Shown: piece by piece, positions 6,891 to 15,721 of the stretch
How positions within the stretch are numbered: position 1 is the first letter of the stretch
Layout: each line of letters begins with the position of its first letter
Assembly (NCBI GenBank): GCA_039588295.1
Contig: JBDHAB010000007.1
Location: 10,829 to 74,828 of the forward strand
Direction of reading: 5' to 3'
Length of the DNA: 64,000 nucleotides
Source of the DNA: Gemmatimonadota bacterium
Lineage (GTDB): Bacteria; Gemmatimonadota; Gemmatimonadetes; Gemmatimonadales; GWC2-71-9
Translations under genes and position numbers: made by a program
Notes under the pieces: generated by a model
Database searches by the model: none
The model's input: the letters and a program-made list of their open reading frames with translations, nothing else
What the model was told of the DNA's origin: nothing

Positions 6891-7653
6891 GTCCCGGTCC
6901 TCCGTGGTCGTCGCCGGTGTCGCCGGACTCCGTCATCACCGGGATATGGAATTCGCCTTCCTCGTGGTCGGCGCCAACCAGGATCTCGACGTGCAGCTCA
7001 TAGACGCCGGCTGCGCCGAAGGCAAACTCGCCATCGTACTCTCCGATGTTCTCTTCCTGAACCGATAGCGCCGTTTCGCTGTCGTCAGGTGCATGGATGG
7101 CCATCTCGACGTCCAACCCGGTGACCAGATCCGCAGGCAGGCCGTCGGTCCCGACGTCGTACACGAGCACGCTCACATGGGCGGTTGTGTTCTCCAGGAT
7201 GGGGGCAGACGCAATCTCGAGCTCGACCCAGTACGGCCCGACCAGGCGGTGCTGGTTATGAACCTCGATGTCGTGTTGACCGATTTCCGCCATGATGGCG
7301 TGTCCTTTGGGTATGCCGAGGAAGTGAAGGTGGTACTCGCCTTCTTCAAAGAACCGCACGTGGGCGGCGTAGCCGTGCTCGTCGGGCTCCATGTCGACGA
7401 CCTCGGGATCACTGCCGCTTGCATGCTGGATCTGGAGTTGGCTGCGGTGCATCTCTATGGGGGCGCCGTTATCCGAGATGTGAACGGCGATCTCCACGTC
7501 TTCGAAGGTCTCGACTCGCGCCACCGAGATCTCAAACTCCACGTCCGGATTGAGGTCGGACAGCGCCGTTGGATTATCCCAGGTGGCGCACGCCCCTAGC
7601 CCGGCGGCCAAAACCAGGACCGCTACGCTCGATCCTCGTGGGCTCATGGTCAC
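6880..7653 (-). CDS. His/acidic-rich lipoprotein with two tandem Ig-like (FixH/YtkA-like) repeats and a C-terminal DHGGPGHGH tail
   Basis: Lipobox VLAAGLGAC. Two similar ~90-aa segments, each ending in a G-E-Y...H.H/E pattern (EEGEYHLHFLG and AAGVYELHVEI). The composition is His-rich. GGAAGGAGAG SD precedes ATG 7653. This is the first gene of the operon. Confidence 0.6.
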   Translation of the reverse strand: MTMSPRGSSVAVLVLAAGLGACATWDNPTALSDLNPDVEFEISVARVETFEDVEIAVHISDNGAPIEMHRSQLQIQHASGSDPEVVDMEPDEHGYAAHVRFFEEGEYHLHFLGIPKGHAIMAEIGQHDIEVHNQHRLVGPYWVELEIASAPILENTTAHVSVLVYDVGTDGLPADLVTGLDVEMAIHAPDDSETALSVQEENIGEYDGEFAFGAAGVYELHVEILVGADHEEGEFHIPVMTESGDTGDDHGGPGHGH

Positions 7654-7956
7654 GCTCTCCTTCCAATCGGGTTGGATACCAGGGTGGCCACTGCGCGACG
7701 ATGGGTCGCTGGGCCATCTGCACCACAGGCTGCAACTTCGTGACCCGGTGCCATCATCACGTATCTCGAAGAAAGCGTGTCAGTTAGGGCAGCAGAGACA
7801 GCTTGGCGGCATCACGAGCGCGTGGTGGGTCACCCGGCGATAGGGCCAAATGCCCCAATCTGGGCCTACGGGGGGCGGTGCGAAACCGCCCCTGGCGCGT
7901 TTGCCGCCCACTGTCTTACAATCGAGATAGCTACCCACCTCCCGGAGGTCCTCCTG

Positions 7957-8394
7957 ATGGCTACGATCATGGATATCCTCGGCCGAAAGGGGCCCGACGT
8001 CGTGACGATCGCGGCGGACGATGCCGTGCTGACGGCCGCGCGGCTGATGAACCAAAGCGGCATCGGCGGAGTCGTCGTCGTCGAAGACGAGGACGTTGTC
8101 GGCATCTTCACCGAACGTGACATCCTGCGACGAGTCGTGGCCGAGCGCCGCGATCCGGGTACCACGCTCATCCGCGATGTCATGACGTCGCCGGTCATCA
8201 CATGTCGGCCCGAGGCCAAAGTCGAGGAGTGCACAGCGATCATCACGGAGAAACGTGTGCGACACATTCCCGTGGTGGACGACGGGGGACTCTGCGGCAT
8301 CGTCACGAGTGGGGACATCCTCGCGCTTCAGGTCAAGGAGCAAGCGGACACGATCGAGTACCTGAACAGCTACGTCTTCGATATTCGGGGCTGA
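7957..8394 (+). CDS. Stand-alone CBS-pair domain protein
   Basis: Two CBS repeats (V.TIAADD...GIGGVVVVED..VVGIFTERDILRRV and VMTSPVITC...RHIPVVDDGGLCGIVTSGDIL). ATG 7957 is preceded by GGAGG. The listed start at 7777 adds a non-domain leader. Confidence 0.85.
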   Translation: MATIMDILGRKGPDVVTIAADDAVLTAARLMNQSGIGGVVVVEDEDVVGIFTERDILRRVVAERRDPGTTLIRDVMTSPVITCRPEAKVEECTAIITEKRVRHIPVVDDGGLCGIVTSGDILALQVKEQADTIEYLNSYVFDIRG

Positions 8395-8496
8395 CGCACA
8401 TCCGGCCGCCGAGCCACACGGCGGCTGGCCCGATTCGAGTCGAGAGCCCGCAACGAGCGGGAATCCGTAACCGACCGCTGAGGACGAGGGAGCCAC

Positions 8497-9318
8497 ATGT
8501 CGAACATTCGCCGTGCTGCGGTCGCCGGCATGTTCTATCCGGGCCAGGCCGCCGAGCTCCACACCATGGTTCGGTCCATGCTGGACCAGGTGCCCAATCG
8601 GTCTGAGGCCCATGTCGCAGCGATCGTACCGCACGCTGGGCTGGTCTATTCGGGGCAATGCGCGGCGCACGTGTGGAAGCGGCTCCGCATTCCGGAGATT
8701 GTTGTCATTCTCGCTCCGAACCACACTGGCTTGCTCGACAACCCCGGCGGAGCGAGTGCGTGGGACGCCGGAGCCTTCGAGACACCCCTGGGCCGGGTCG
8801 CGATCGCCGAGGAGTTTCTTGAGGCGGTCGAGCAATCGTGCCCGCTCGTGCGTCACGATCCAGCCGCGCACCGCAGAGAACACGCGATCGAGGTAGAGCT
8901 TCCGTTTCTGCAGCTCCTCGCTCCCGGGGCAGCGATCGCTCCCGTCGTGCTCGCGTGGGATCGCTGGGAGCCAGCCAAGGAGTTGGCGACAGCGCTTGCG
9001 CAGGTCGTGGCGCAGTGGAGACAGGGCGTCCTGCTTGTCGCCTCGTCCGATATGACCCACTACGAGTCGGCGGATCGAGCCGCGCGGAAGGATCGACTCG
9101 CGCTTGCCGAAGTAGAACGAGTGGACGGACATGAGCTCCTCGATGTGTGCCACCGCGAGGACGTGACTATGTGCGGCCGCGGACCAGCAGCGGTCGTGCT
9201 AGAAGCCGCCCGCCAACTCGGTGCTGCGCGTGCAGAGGTCGTGGACTACCGGCACAGCGGAATGGTGACGGGCGACGACTCGGGCGTGGTGGCCTACGCT
9301 GGCGTCGTCATCGGGTAG
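8497..9318 (+). CDS. MEMO1-family protein (AmmeMemoRadiSam system protein B-like)
   Basis: N-terminus RRAAVAGMFYPG, then PHAG..YSG, then a later HSIE-like HAIEVELPF and SSDMTHY motifs characteristic of the family. GAGGGAG SD is present. Confidence 0.8.
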   Translation: MSNIRRAAVAGMFYPGQAAELHTMVRSMLDQVPNRSEAHVAAIVPHAGLVYSGQCAAHVWKRLRIPEIVVILAPNHTGLLDNPGGASAWDAGAFETPLGRVAIAEEFLEAVEQSCPLVRHDPAAHRREHAIEVELPFLQLLAPGAAIAPVVLAWDRWEPAKELATALAQVVAQWRQGVLLVASSDMTHYESADRAARKDRLALAEVERVDGHELLDVCHREDVTMCGRGPAAVVLEAARQLGAARAEVVDYRHSGMVTGDDSGVVAYAGVVIG

Positions 9319-9414
9319 CCGGCACCGCCAGGGCAGCGCGGTCCTACGTTAGGTTTCTGCCGTTCATTGCTGGATCATGCTCCGCGATCGCACCCCTAAC
9401 CGCCTGAGAATCAC

Positions 9415-9783
9415 ATGAAAGATCCGACCCGACCCGGACTCGTGCTCCGACTAGAGGCCCTCGCTGTTCTTGCCCTGGCGCTGTTTCTGTATCGCGAGCT
9501 GGGAGTCAGCTGGTGGCTCTTCGCAGGGTTGTTCCTAGTCCCGGATCTCGCACTGCTGGTGTACCTGGTCGACCGGCGAGTCGCCACAGTCGTCTACAAC
9601 CTCGCGCATGCCTATGTTTGGCCTGCCGGTTTGTTTGCCGCCGGATTCGTCGCGGGGCGTGCGCCCCTGATGGGGATCGCACTCATCTGGGCGGCCCACA
9701 TCGGGTTCGATCGCCTGCTGGGGTTCGGGCTCAAGTACCCGGACGGCTTTCGTGAGACGCACCTGCAGAGGGTGTTCGACTGA
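9415..9783 (+). CDS. DUF4260-like small membrane protein
   Basis: 122 aa with four hydrophobic helices and a pattern of VPDL...YN..H...W...AH.G.DR resembling DUF4260. Confidence 0.65.
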   Translation: MKDPTRPGLVLRLEALAVLALALFLYRELGVSWWLFAGLFLVPDLALLVYLVDRRVATVVYNLAHAYVWPAGLFAAGFVAGRAPLMGIALIWAAHIGFDRLLGFGLKYPDGFRETHLQRVFD

Positions 9784-9803
9784 CCCCTCGTTCGAAACCG
9801 TCG

Positions 9804-9836
9804 TCCGCCTCCCGTTTGACGGTTGCGGGAGGCGGA
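9804..9836. terminator. Bidirectional stem-loop between convergent genes
   Basis: Perfect 11-bp inverted repeat TCCGCCTCCCG / CGGGAGGCGGA (9804-9814 pairs with 9826-9836) with an 11-nt loop. It lies between stops at 9783 (+) and 9865 (-). Confidence 0.5.
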
Positions 9837-9864
9837 TCATGGATGCCACAGCACCGCTCTTACG

Positions 9865-11865
9865 CTACCGGCGCTCCCACACGTTGTTGGCGGGATCGAC
9901 GTCTGGGAACACTTGCTCCGCATCGATCTCGACCTTCGTGACCGGTGACGCGGTGCTGACTACGACCTCCGCTGTGCGTACGCCTTCCAGCCAGGTGGTC
10001 ACCGGGATCTCTACGCTCGTGCTACTGCCATCCGCGAGCGTCAGCGTGAGCCGGACCGGCATCGGAGCGAGCCCACGATCCTCGACGACGATCTTGGTGC
10101 CTCGCGCATCGAGTGTGACGTCCTTGACGGCCTGGTCGAGCGTCCACGTCTCGTAGTACCAGGACCGCCAGAACCAGTCGAGGTTCTGACCGCTCACGCT
10201 GTTAAACGTGTTGAAGAAATCCCAGGGCTTGGGATGCTTGTAGGCCCAGTTGCGGATGTACGTCTGATACGCCTCCTGGAACGTCTCTTCGCCAAGGAGA
10301 CCGTGGAGCGTCCAGAGCAACGTTGCCGGCTTGGTGTACGAGGCGGTTCCGTACGCCGCGCCGTTCGTATGGAAGTCGGACCACCGCATCATCTCGCCCT
10401 CGAGGTCCGTGCGAGAGATCTGCAGGTATCCTCGGTAATTGTCCAATTCCCAGCGGCGGCCCGGGAAGAACTCGTTCTCTGCCGCACTGGTATTGAACGA
10501 CGTCGTGCCCTCGTCCATCCACGCACGGCGTCGCTCGTCGTTCCCCACGATCATCGGAACCCACATGTGCGCCAGCTCGTGCGCCGTCACGCCGTAGAGC
10601 GCCGTGTCGCCGGCCTGTGTGAACGACCCGATGAGGGTCATCATGGGGTACTCCATCCCGCCGCCCATGACGTCCTCACCCTCCACGGCGGTCATGTGAG
10701 GCCACGGGTACGGAAACCCGGTCCAGCGAGAGAGAAAGTCGATAGCGTGCTGCGCGTACCGCCATGCCTGTGTCCACCGTGGCGCCGTCTCGCGGTAGAT
10801 CGCGTCGACTCGAGCGTACTCGGTTTGGCCGTCGCCGTTGCGATCACCGACCGGTGTACGAGCCGCGTCCCACATCGACTCGCGGGAGATGCTGTACGCG
10901 ACATCCCGCACGGAATCCGCAACGAAATGCCACGACAGGTATCCGTTGTCAGTGCGACGGGTAGCGGTTCCGGGTCCGAAGTCCGCGGTGGTCAGGATGT
11001 GGACGACGGTGTCGCTCGATTCGGCGCGACGCAGCCGGGCTGCGATCTCATCAGGTAACACTTGGTCGGTGTTTGCCAGACGGCCGGTCCCCATGGCGAC
11101 CCAACCTTCGGGCACCTCGAGCGTCACATCGTACGAGCCGTAGCCCATGTAGAACTCGGCGCCACCGAGAAACGGGTCACTCTGCCACCCGACCACGTCG
11201 TCCAGCACCGCCATCTGGGGATACCAGTACGCCAGGTAGAAGAAATTGTCGCGGCTCCAGCCCATGCGGCTCCCACCGCCGCGTTGCGGGATATCGAAGC
11301 CGAAGTCGACCTCCAGCACCGCCGAATCTCCCGACTGAAGGGCACGTGGTAGCCTGAGCTGTAAGGACGTGCCGAACACACGATACCCCCCACCGGTCAT
11401 CCTCCCGCTGCCAAGCTCTTCGAGTTCCTCACCCTGAGCGACCAACCGTTTGACCTCCATCCCGCCTGTCACTTCGGCAGGCCGATTTCGCACCGCGCCT
11501 TCAGCATGCACGTTCTGGAGGAGTTGGAGTACCACAAACGGCAACGGGCGTGGCGATCGGTTGTGGTAGACGAGCTGCACGGTGCCGTCGATCCGCTTGG
11601 CCGCCGCATCGAGGCGCGCGGAGATCCTATAGTCCGTCCATTGCTGCCAGTAGTTGGGGCCGGGCTCGCCCGTGCGCGTCCGAGTGCCGCGCTCGAGCGC
11701 GCGCTCAAAGCCGGCCGACACCTCGACGGGGTACGGAATCGGGCGTTGGTCCGAATGTACGGCGCTTCCTCGCTCCGCCGCAGCCAATTGTGCTACCGCG
11801 GCGTTCGGAACGAACAGCGCGGCGAGCACGACTACTAGTGCTGAGGCCGTGGTGGTTCGGTGCAT
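9865..11865 (-). CDS. Secreted M1-family zinc aminopeptidase
   Basis: Signal peptide MHRTTTASALVVVLAALFVPNAAVAQ. HELAHMW (HEXXH) followed by WMDEG (third Zn ligand Glu) at the gluzincin spacing. Confidence 0.85.
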   Translation of the reverse strand: MHRTTTASALVVVLAALFVPNAAVAQLAAAERGSAVHSDQRPIPYPVEVSAGFERALERGTRTRTGEPGPNYWQQWTDYRISARLDAAAKRIDGTVQLVYHNRSPRPLPFVVLQLLQNVHAEGAVRNRPAEVTGGMEVKRLVAQGEELEELGSGRMTGGGYRVFGTSLQLRLPRALQSGDSAVLEVDFGFDIPQRGGGSRMGWSRDNFFYLAYWYPQMAVLDDVVGWQSDPFLGGAEFYMGYGSYDVTLEVPEGWVAMGTGRLANTDQVLPDEIAARLRRAESSDTVVHILTTADFGPGTATRRTDNGYLSWHFVADSVRDVAYSISRESMWDAARTPVGDRNGDGQTEYARVDAIYRETAPRWTQAWRYAQHAIDFLSRWTGFPYPWPHMTAVEGEDVMGGGMEYPMMTLIGSFTQAGDTALYGVTAHELAHMWVPMIVGNDERRRAWMDEGTTSFNTSAAENEFFPGRRWELDNYRGYLQISRTDLEGEMMRWSDFHTNGAAYGTASYTKPATLLWTLHGLLGEETFQEAYQTYIRNWAYKHPKPWDFFNTFNSVSGQNLDWFWRSWYYETWTLDQAVKDVTLDARGTKIVVEDRGLAPMPVRLTLTLADGSSTSVEIPVTTWLEGVRTAEVVVSTASPVTKVEIDAEQVFPDVDPANNVWERR

Positions 11866-11969
11866 AGACGGTTGCCTCGATCAGTGGGTTCGGTTCGATG
11901 TGACTCCGCGTGGCACTCATGTACACTTGATGAGGGCCCAGGGTGCCTCACAGGCAGCGAGAAAGATAC

Positions 11970-13175
11970 ATGGGCACAGTGGAGCACGTTTCTGAGTGTG
12001 ACGCCGACCTGAGAGCCGGGGGTGGCCGTCTAAAGGTAGCGGTGCTGGGTGTCGGTCGGGTCGGGTCGGCCATCGTCGCCGATCTGATGAGCGACGGCAC
12101 GTTTGAGGTGACTGCGGCGGATCAATCGGTCGCGGCGCTGCAGCATGTCTCGGGGCTCGGCGCGGTCCTTGCTAAGCGCGTCGATCTCCGCGAGCCCGAT
12201 GCGGTGGCGGCAGTGGCCCGCGACTCCGATCTCGTGATCGGAGCGCTGCCGGCTCACCTGGGGTATCGCGCGCTCGAGACTGTCATTGATGCCGGTACGA
12301 ACATCGTGGATATCTCGTTCTTCGAAGAGGATCCCATCCAGCTGGACGCGCTGGCCCGTCGCCGCGGCGTGGTTGCCGTGGTTGATGCCGGGGTCTCACC
12401 CGGTCTCAGTAATCTCATTCTGGGCCACATGCTGGCGGCCGCCGGTCACGTCGAGCGCTTCGTGTGCTACGTGGGTGGGCTTCCCGCGGATCGGAGCGGC
12501 TTGTTTCAGTACAAGGCCCCGTTCTCACCGATGGACGTCCTCGAGCTGTACACCCGTCCGGCTCGGCACCGCGCAGGTGGGGTGCTGCAAACCGCGCCTG
12601 CGTTGTCCGATCTCCAGGAGATCACGGTGCCTGAGGTAGGCACGCTCGAGGCGTTCCTCACGGATGGACTTCGCACGGCACTGCGGCTCGATGGCGTCAC
12701 GGAGATGCGGGAAATGACCCTGCGGTACCCGGGGCATGCCGCGCAGATGCGACTCCTGCGAGAGACGGGACTGCTCGACGCGACGCCGGTCGAGGTGAAT
12801 GGTGTGATGGTCTCGCCGCGCGCGCTCACGGCGCGGCTCCTGTTGCCTCTGTGGGAGTTTGCTCCTGAAGAGCCAGATCTGACCGTCCTGCGTGTGGACG
12901 TAGATGTGGAAGCCGGTGGCGTCCGCACCCGTCACCGTTTCGATCTCCTGGACCGCTACGACGCCCGCACCCAGACCAGCTCGATGGCGCGCACGACGGG
13001 CTACACCTGCACGGCCATCGCGCGCCTCATCGCGACCGGCCGGTACGACCAGCCCGGCATGTCGCCGCCCGAGGAGATCGGGCGGCGAGCCGATTGTTAT
13101 GAGCGTACGATTGAGGACCTCGCGTCCCGCGGTGTGGTGCTGCGACGCTCCGCTGGTCCGGTCTCGATGGCCTAG
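11970..13175 (+). CDS. Saccharopine dehydrogenase-family NAD(P) oxidoreductase
   Basis: Rossmann motif VAVLGVGRVGSA near the N-terminus. Length and C-terminal region are consistent with the saccharopine dehydrogenase family. The start is taken at the first ATG; the listed start 11943 is GTG. Confidence 0.65.
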   Translation: MGTVEHVSECDADLRAGGGRLKVAVLGVGRVGSAIVADLMSDGTFEVTAADQSVAALQHVSGLGAVLAKRVDLREPDAVAAVARDSDLVIGALPAHLGYRALETVIDAGTNIVDISFFEEDPIQLDALARRRGVVAVVDAGVSPGLSNLILGHMLAAAGHVERFVCYVGGLPADRSGLFQYKAPFSPMDVLELYTRPARHRAGGVLQTAPALSDLQEITVPEVGTLEAFLTDGLRTALRLDGVTEMREMTLRYPGHAAQMRLLRETGLLDATPVEVNGVMVSPRALTARLLLPLWEFAPEEPDLTVLRVDVDVEAGGVRTRHRFDLLDRYDARTQTSSMARTTGYTCTAIARLIATGRYDQPGMSPPEEIGRRADCYERTIEDLASRGVVLRRSAGPVSMA

Positions 13176-13182
13176 CGCGTCG

Positions 13183-13614
13183 TTACATTCCCGGGCGTCG
13201 TCTTCGTCCCGTCATCAACTGCGGTTTGGGCAGACCGTCGAAGCGCCCGCGCTGCTCTTCGCTGAGGAGGGCGCGAATAGCCTGGTGATGCTCGTCGATC
13301 TGGGTCTGCATAGCCTGGAACTTCTCCCGCATCGCCATGAACTCCTCGCGCGCTTCTGGGCTCGGCGGGCCAGCTCCCATTTGCTCGCGCATCTTGGCGC
13401 GCTGCTCCGCAGCCTGCTTCATCAAGCCGTTCAGTTTCTCATAGTGCTCCATCACGGCGGGACCCTGGTCCGCCGTGAGACCCACGGCCTCGCTGAGCGA
13501 GTCTGCGGTGAGCCAGTGATCGGGAGGTGCCTGGCCGCGCGGACCCTGGGCCAGGACGGGGCTCGCCAGGAACACTCCGAGGGCGAGGGCAGCGATCGTG
13601 ATACGCATGGTCAA
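13183..13614 (-). CDS. Small periplasmic helical protein (Spy/CpxP-like, LTxxQ-type)
   Basis: Signal peptide MTMRITIAALALGVFLASPVLAQG. GLTADQ motif and a helical, Glu/Gln/Met-rich composition. Confidence 0.5.
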   Translation of the reverse strand: MTMRITIAALALGVFLASPVLAQGPRGQAPPDHWLTADSLSEAVGLTADQGPAVMEHYEKLNGLMKQAAEQRAKMREQMGAGPPSPEAREEFMAMREKFQAMQTQIDEHHQAIRALLSEEQRGRFDGLPKPQLMTGRRRRPGM

Positions 13615-13747
13615 TCTCCGTTGGGTGCGATTCCGATTATCTTCTTCACCGGTCTATACGCCCGAACCCCACAGAATGTTGGGCGTGGAGCCCCGGCGAG
13701 TGTCGGCGGTGGCCGTTTCGGGTCGGGCAACGACGTGTGAGGAGTGG

Positions 13748-15004
13748 ATGATACGGATCTGGCGTCGTATCAGGAACTTGGGCGGCGTGTTCGGTGTGGC
13801 TGTCATTGCCGCAGTGGTCGTGGCAGCGGCTGGGGAATGCGGCGTACGGCGGTCCGCACCGGCCCCGATGATCCTTGTCAGTCTGGACGGATTTGGCTGG
13901 GACCTTCTCGACAAGGCACCAACGCCGGCGTTGGACCGGCTCGCCGCGCGTGGCGTTCGAGCCGAGAAACTCGTACCGATCTTTCCGACGAAGACGTTCC
14001 CCAACCACTACACGATCGTTACCGGGCTGTACGCGGAGCATCACGGCATCGTGGCGAACAACATGTACGATCCGGTGATGAATGCCCGGTTCAGCCTGGG
14101 GAACCGGGAAGCTGTTGCCGATGGGCGTTGGTGGGGTGGGGAGCCGATCTGGGTCACGGCCGAGCAGCAGGGGCTGCGTGCCGCTCCGCTGTTCTGGCCC
14201 GGCTCGGAGGCAGAAATCGAGGGTGTGCGGCCCAGCTTCTGGCAGGCCTACGACGGCTCCATCCCGAATGCGGAGCTTGTGAAGCAGGTTCTGGGCTGGC
14301 TCGATCTCCCGGCCGGGGAGCGTCCGTCGTTCATCACGCTCTACTTCAGCGATGTGGACGGGGCTGCGCACCGGTCCGGACCGGAGTCTGAGGCAACGAA
14401 ACGGGCGATTCAGGCGGTGGACAATGCCGTGGCCCTGCTTATCGCGGGGCTACGGGATCGGGGAATGGTAGACGACGTCAATGTCGTGGTGCTGTCCGAT
14501 CACGGCATGGCGGCGACGTCGAGTGACCGTGTGATCTTCATCGATGACTACATCGACCTCTCGACGGTCGACGTTATCGATTGGAATCCGGTGCTGGCCC
14601 TCAGGCCGGAGGCCGGTGAGGAGCAGACGGTGTATGCGGCGCTCGCCGATGCGCATCCGCATCTCAACGTCTATCGCAAGCAAGACATTCCCGAACGCTT
14701 CCACTTCCGCGATCATGTCCGGATCCAACCGATCGTGGGGGTGGCGGATGAGGGCTGGTCCGTCTCGAGCCGCCCATTCGTCCGGGCGCGTCCAGATCGG
14801 CATCAGGGTGGCAATCACGGGTACGACAACCTCGCTCCGTCCATGGGCGCGTTGTTCATCGCGGCTGGCCCCGCGTTCCGAGACGGGGAGGTCGTGCCAC
14901 CGCTTCAGAACATCCATCTCTATGAGATGTTTTGTGCGATCTTGGATCTTGACCCGGCGCCGAACGACGGCAGCCTGGATTCGGTCCGCGTGCTGCTGCG
15001 GTAG
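13748..15004 (+). CDS. Ectonucleotide pyrophosphatase/phosphodiesterase (NPP, alkaline-phosphatase superfamily)
   Basis: Signal/anchor after ATG 13748. Motifs: LVSLDGFGWD, PTKTFPNHYTIVTGLYAEHHGIVAN (catalytic Thr motif), SDHGM and GNHGYD metal-ligand motifs. Confidence 0.85.
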   Translation: MIRIWRRIRNLGGVFGVAVIAAVVVAAAGECGVRRSAPAPMILVSLDGFGWDLLDKAPTPALDRLAARGVRAEKLVPIFPTKTFPNHYTIVTGLYAEHHGIVANNMYDPVMNARFSLGNREAVADGRWWGGEPIWVTAEQQGLRAAPLFWPGSEAEIEGVRPSFWQAYDGSIPNAELVKQVLGWLDLPAGERPSFITLYFSDVDGAAHRSGPESEATKRAIQAVDNAVALLIAGLRDRGMVDDVNVVVLSDHGMAATSSDRVIFIDDYIDLSTVDVIDWNPVLALRPEAGEEQTVYAALADAHPHLNVYRKQDIPERFHFRDHVRIQPIVGVADEGWSVSSRPFVRARPDRHQGGNHGYDNLAPSMGALFIAAGPAFRDGEVVPPLQNIHLYEMFCAILDLDPAPNDGSLDSVRVLLR

Positions 15005-15034
15005 ACGGTTGGGCGGGCAGAAACGGGTAGCGTA

Positions 15035-15060
15035 GGACAGAACGCTGTCCCTTTTCCCTT
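15035..15060 (+). terminator. Weak intrinsic terminator after the NPP gene
   Basis: GGACAG-AACG-CTGTCC hairpin (6 bp) followed by CTTTTCCCTT. Confidence 0.35.
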
Positions 15061-15085
15061 GCCCCTCATCCCTTATCTCTCCTTG

Positions 15086-15721
15086 CTACTTCTCCCTCAC
15101 AATCGCCTGGATCTTCGTCAATAGCATGTCCACGGCAACCCGGTTGTGCCCACCTTCCGGAATGATCACGTGCGCATAGCGCTTGCTGGGCTCCACGAAC
15201 TCGAGATGCATGGGCCGCACGGTCTCGAGATACTGCTGCACCACCGAGTTCAAACTCCGCCCCCGCTCATTGAGGTCGCGGTCGATGCGGCGGAGGATGC
15301 GAAGGTCGGCGTCCGTGTCGACAAACACGCGAATGTCCATCAAGTCACGCAGGTCCGGGTCTGCGAGGATGAGGATCCCCTCGACGATCACGGCGCTTCG
15401 CGGCAATGCAGTCGTCGTTTCCGCGGTCCGCGTGTGGAGTGTGAAGTCGTAGACCGGGACCTCGGCTGAGCGACCTGACTTGAGCGCGACCAGGTGCTGA
15501 ATGAGGAGTGGGGTCTCCAGGGCGTCTGGGTGGTCATAGTTGATGTGCACGCGCTGTTCAGGCGGCACCTGACTCCGGTCGTAGTAGTAGGAATCGTGTT
15601 GAATGAAGCTCACGTCCTCGGGCCCGAGACTGTGGATGATCGCCTCGACAACGGTCGTCTTCCCGGAGCCGGATCCGCCGGCCACACCGATGATGACGGG
15701 TGTCACGTGAGCATCTCCCAT
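15086..15721 (-). CDS. udk: Uridine kinase
   Basis: P-loop GVAGGSGSGKTT right after ATG 15721. The remainder (YDHPDALE, FVDTDADLRILRRIDRD..ERGRS) matches the Udk pattern. Confidence 0.9.
   Translation of the reverse strand: MGDAHVTPVIIGVAGGSGSGKTTVVEAIIHSLGPEDVSFIQHDSYYYDRSQVPPEQRVHINYDHPDALETPLLIQHLVALKSGRSAEVPVYDFTLHTRTAETTTALPRSAVIVEGILILADPDLRDLMDIRVFVDTDADLRILRRIDRDLNERGRSLNSVVQQYLETVRPMHLEFVEPSKRYAHVIIPEGGHNRVAVDMLLTKIQAIVREK

Noticed and set aside
7780-9153. 457-aa ORF on the minus strand spanning the CBS and MEMO genes
   Set aside because: It lies antisense to two genes with clear family motifs. Its Arg/Pro/Gly/His-rich, low-complexity composition is typical of shadow ORFs in GC-rich DNA, and it has no recognisable motifs.
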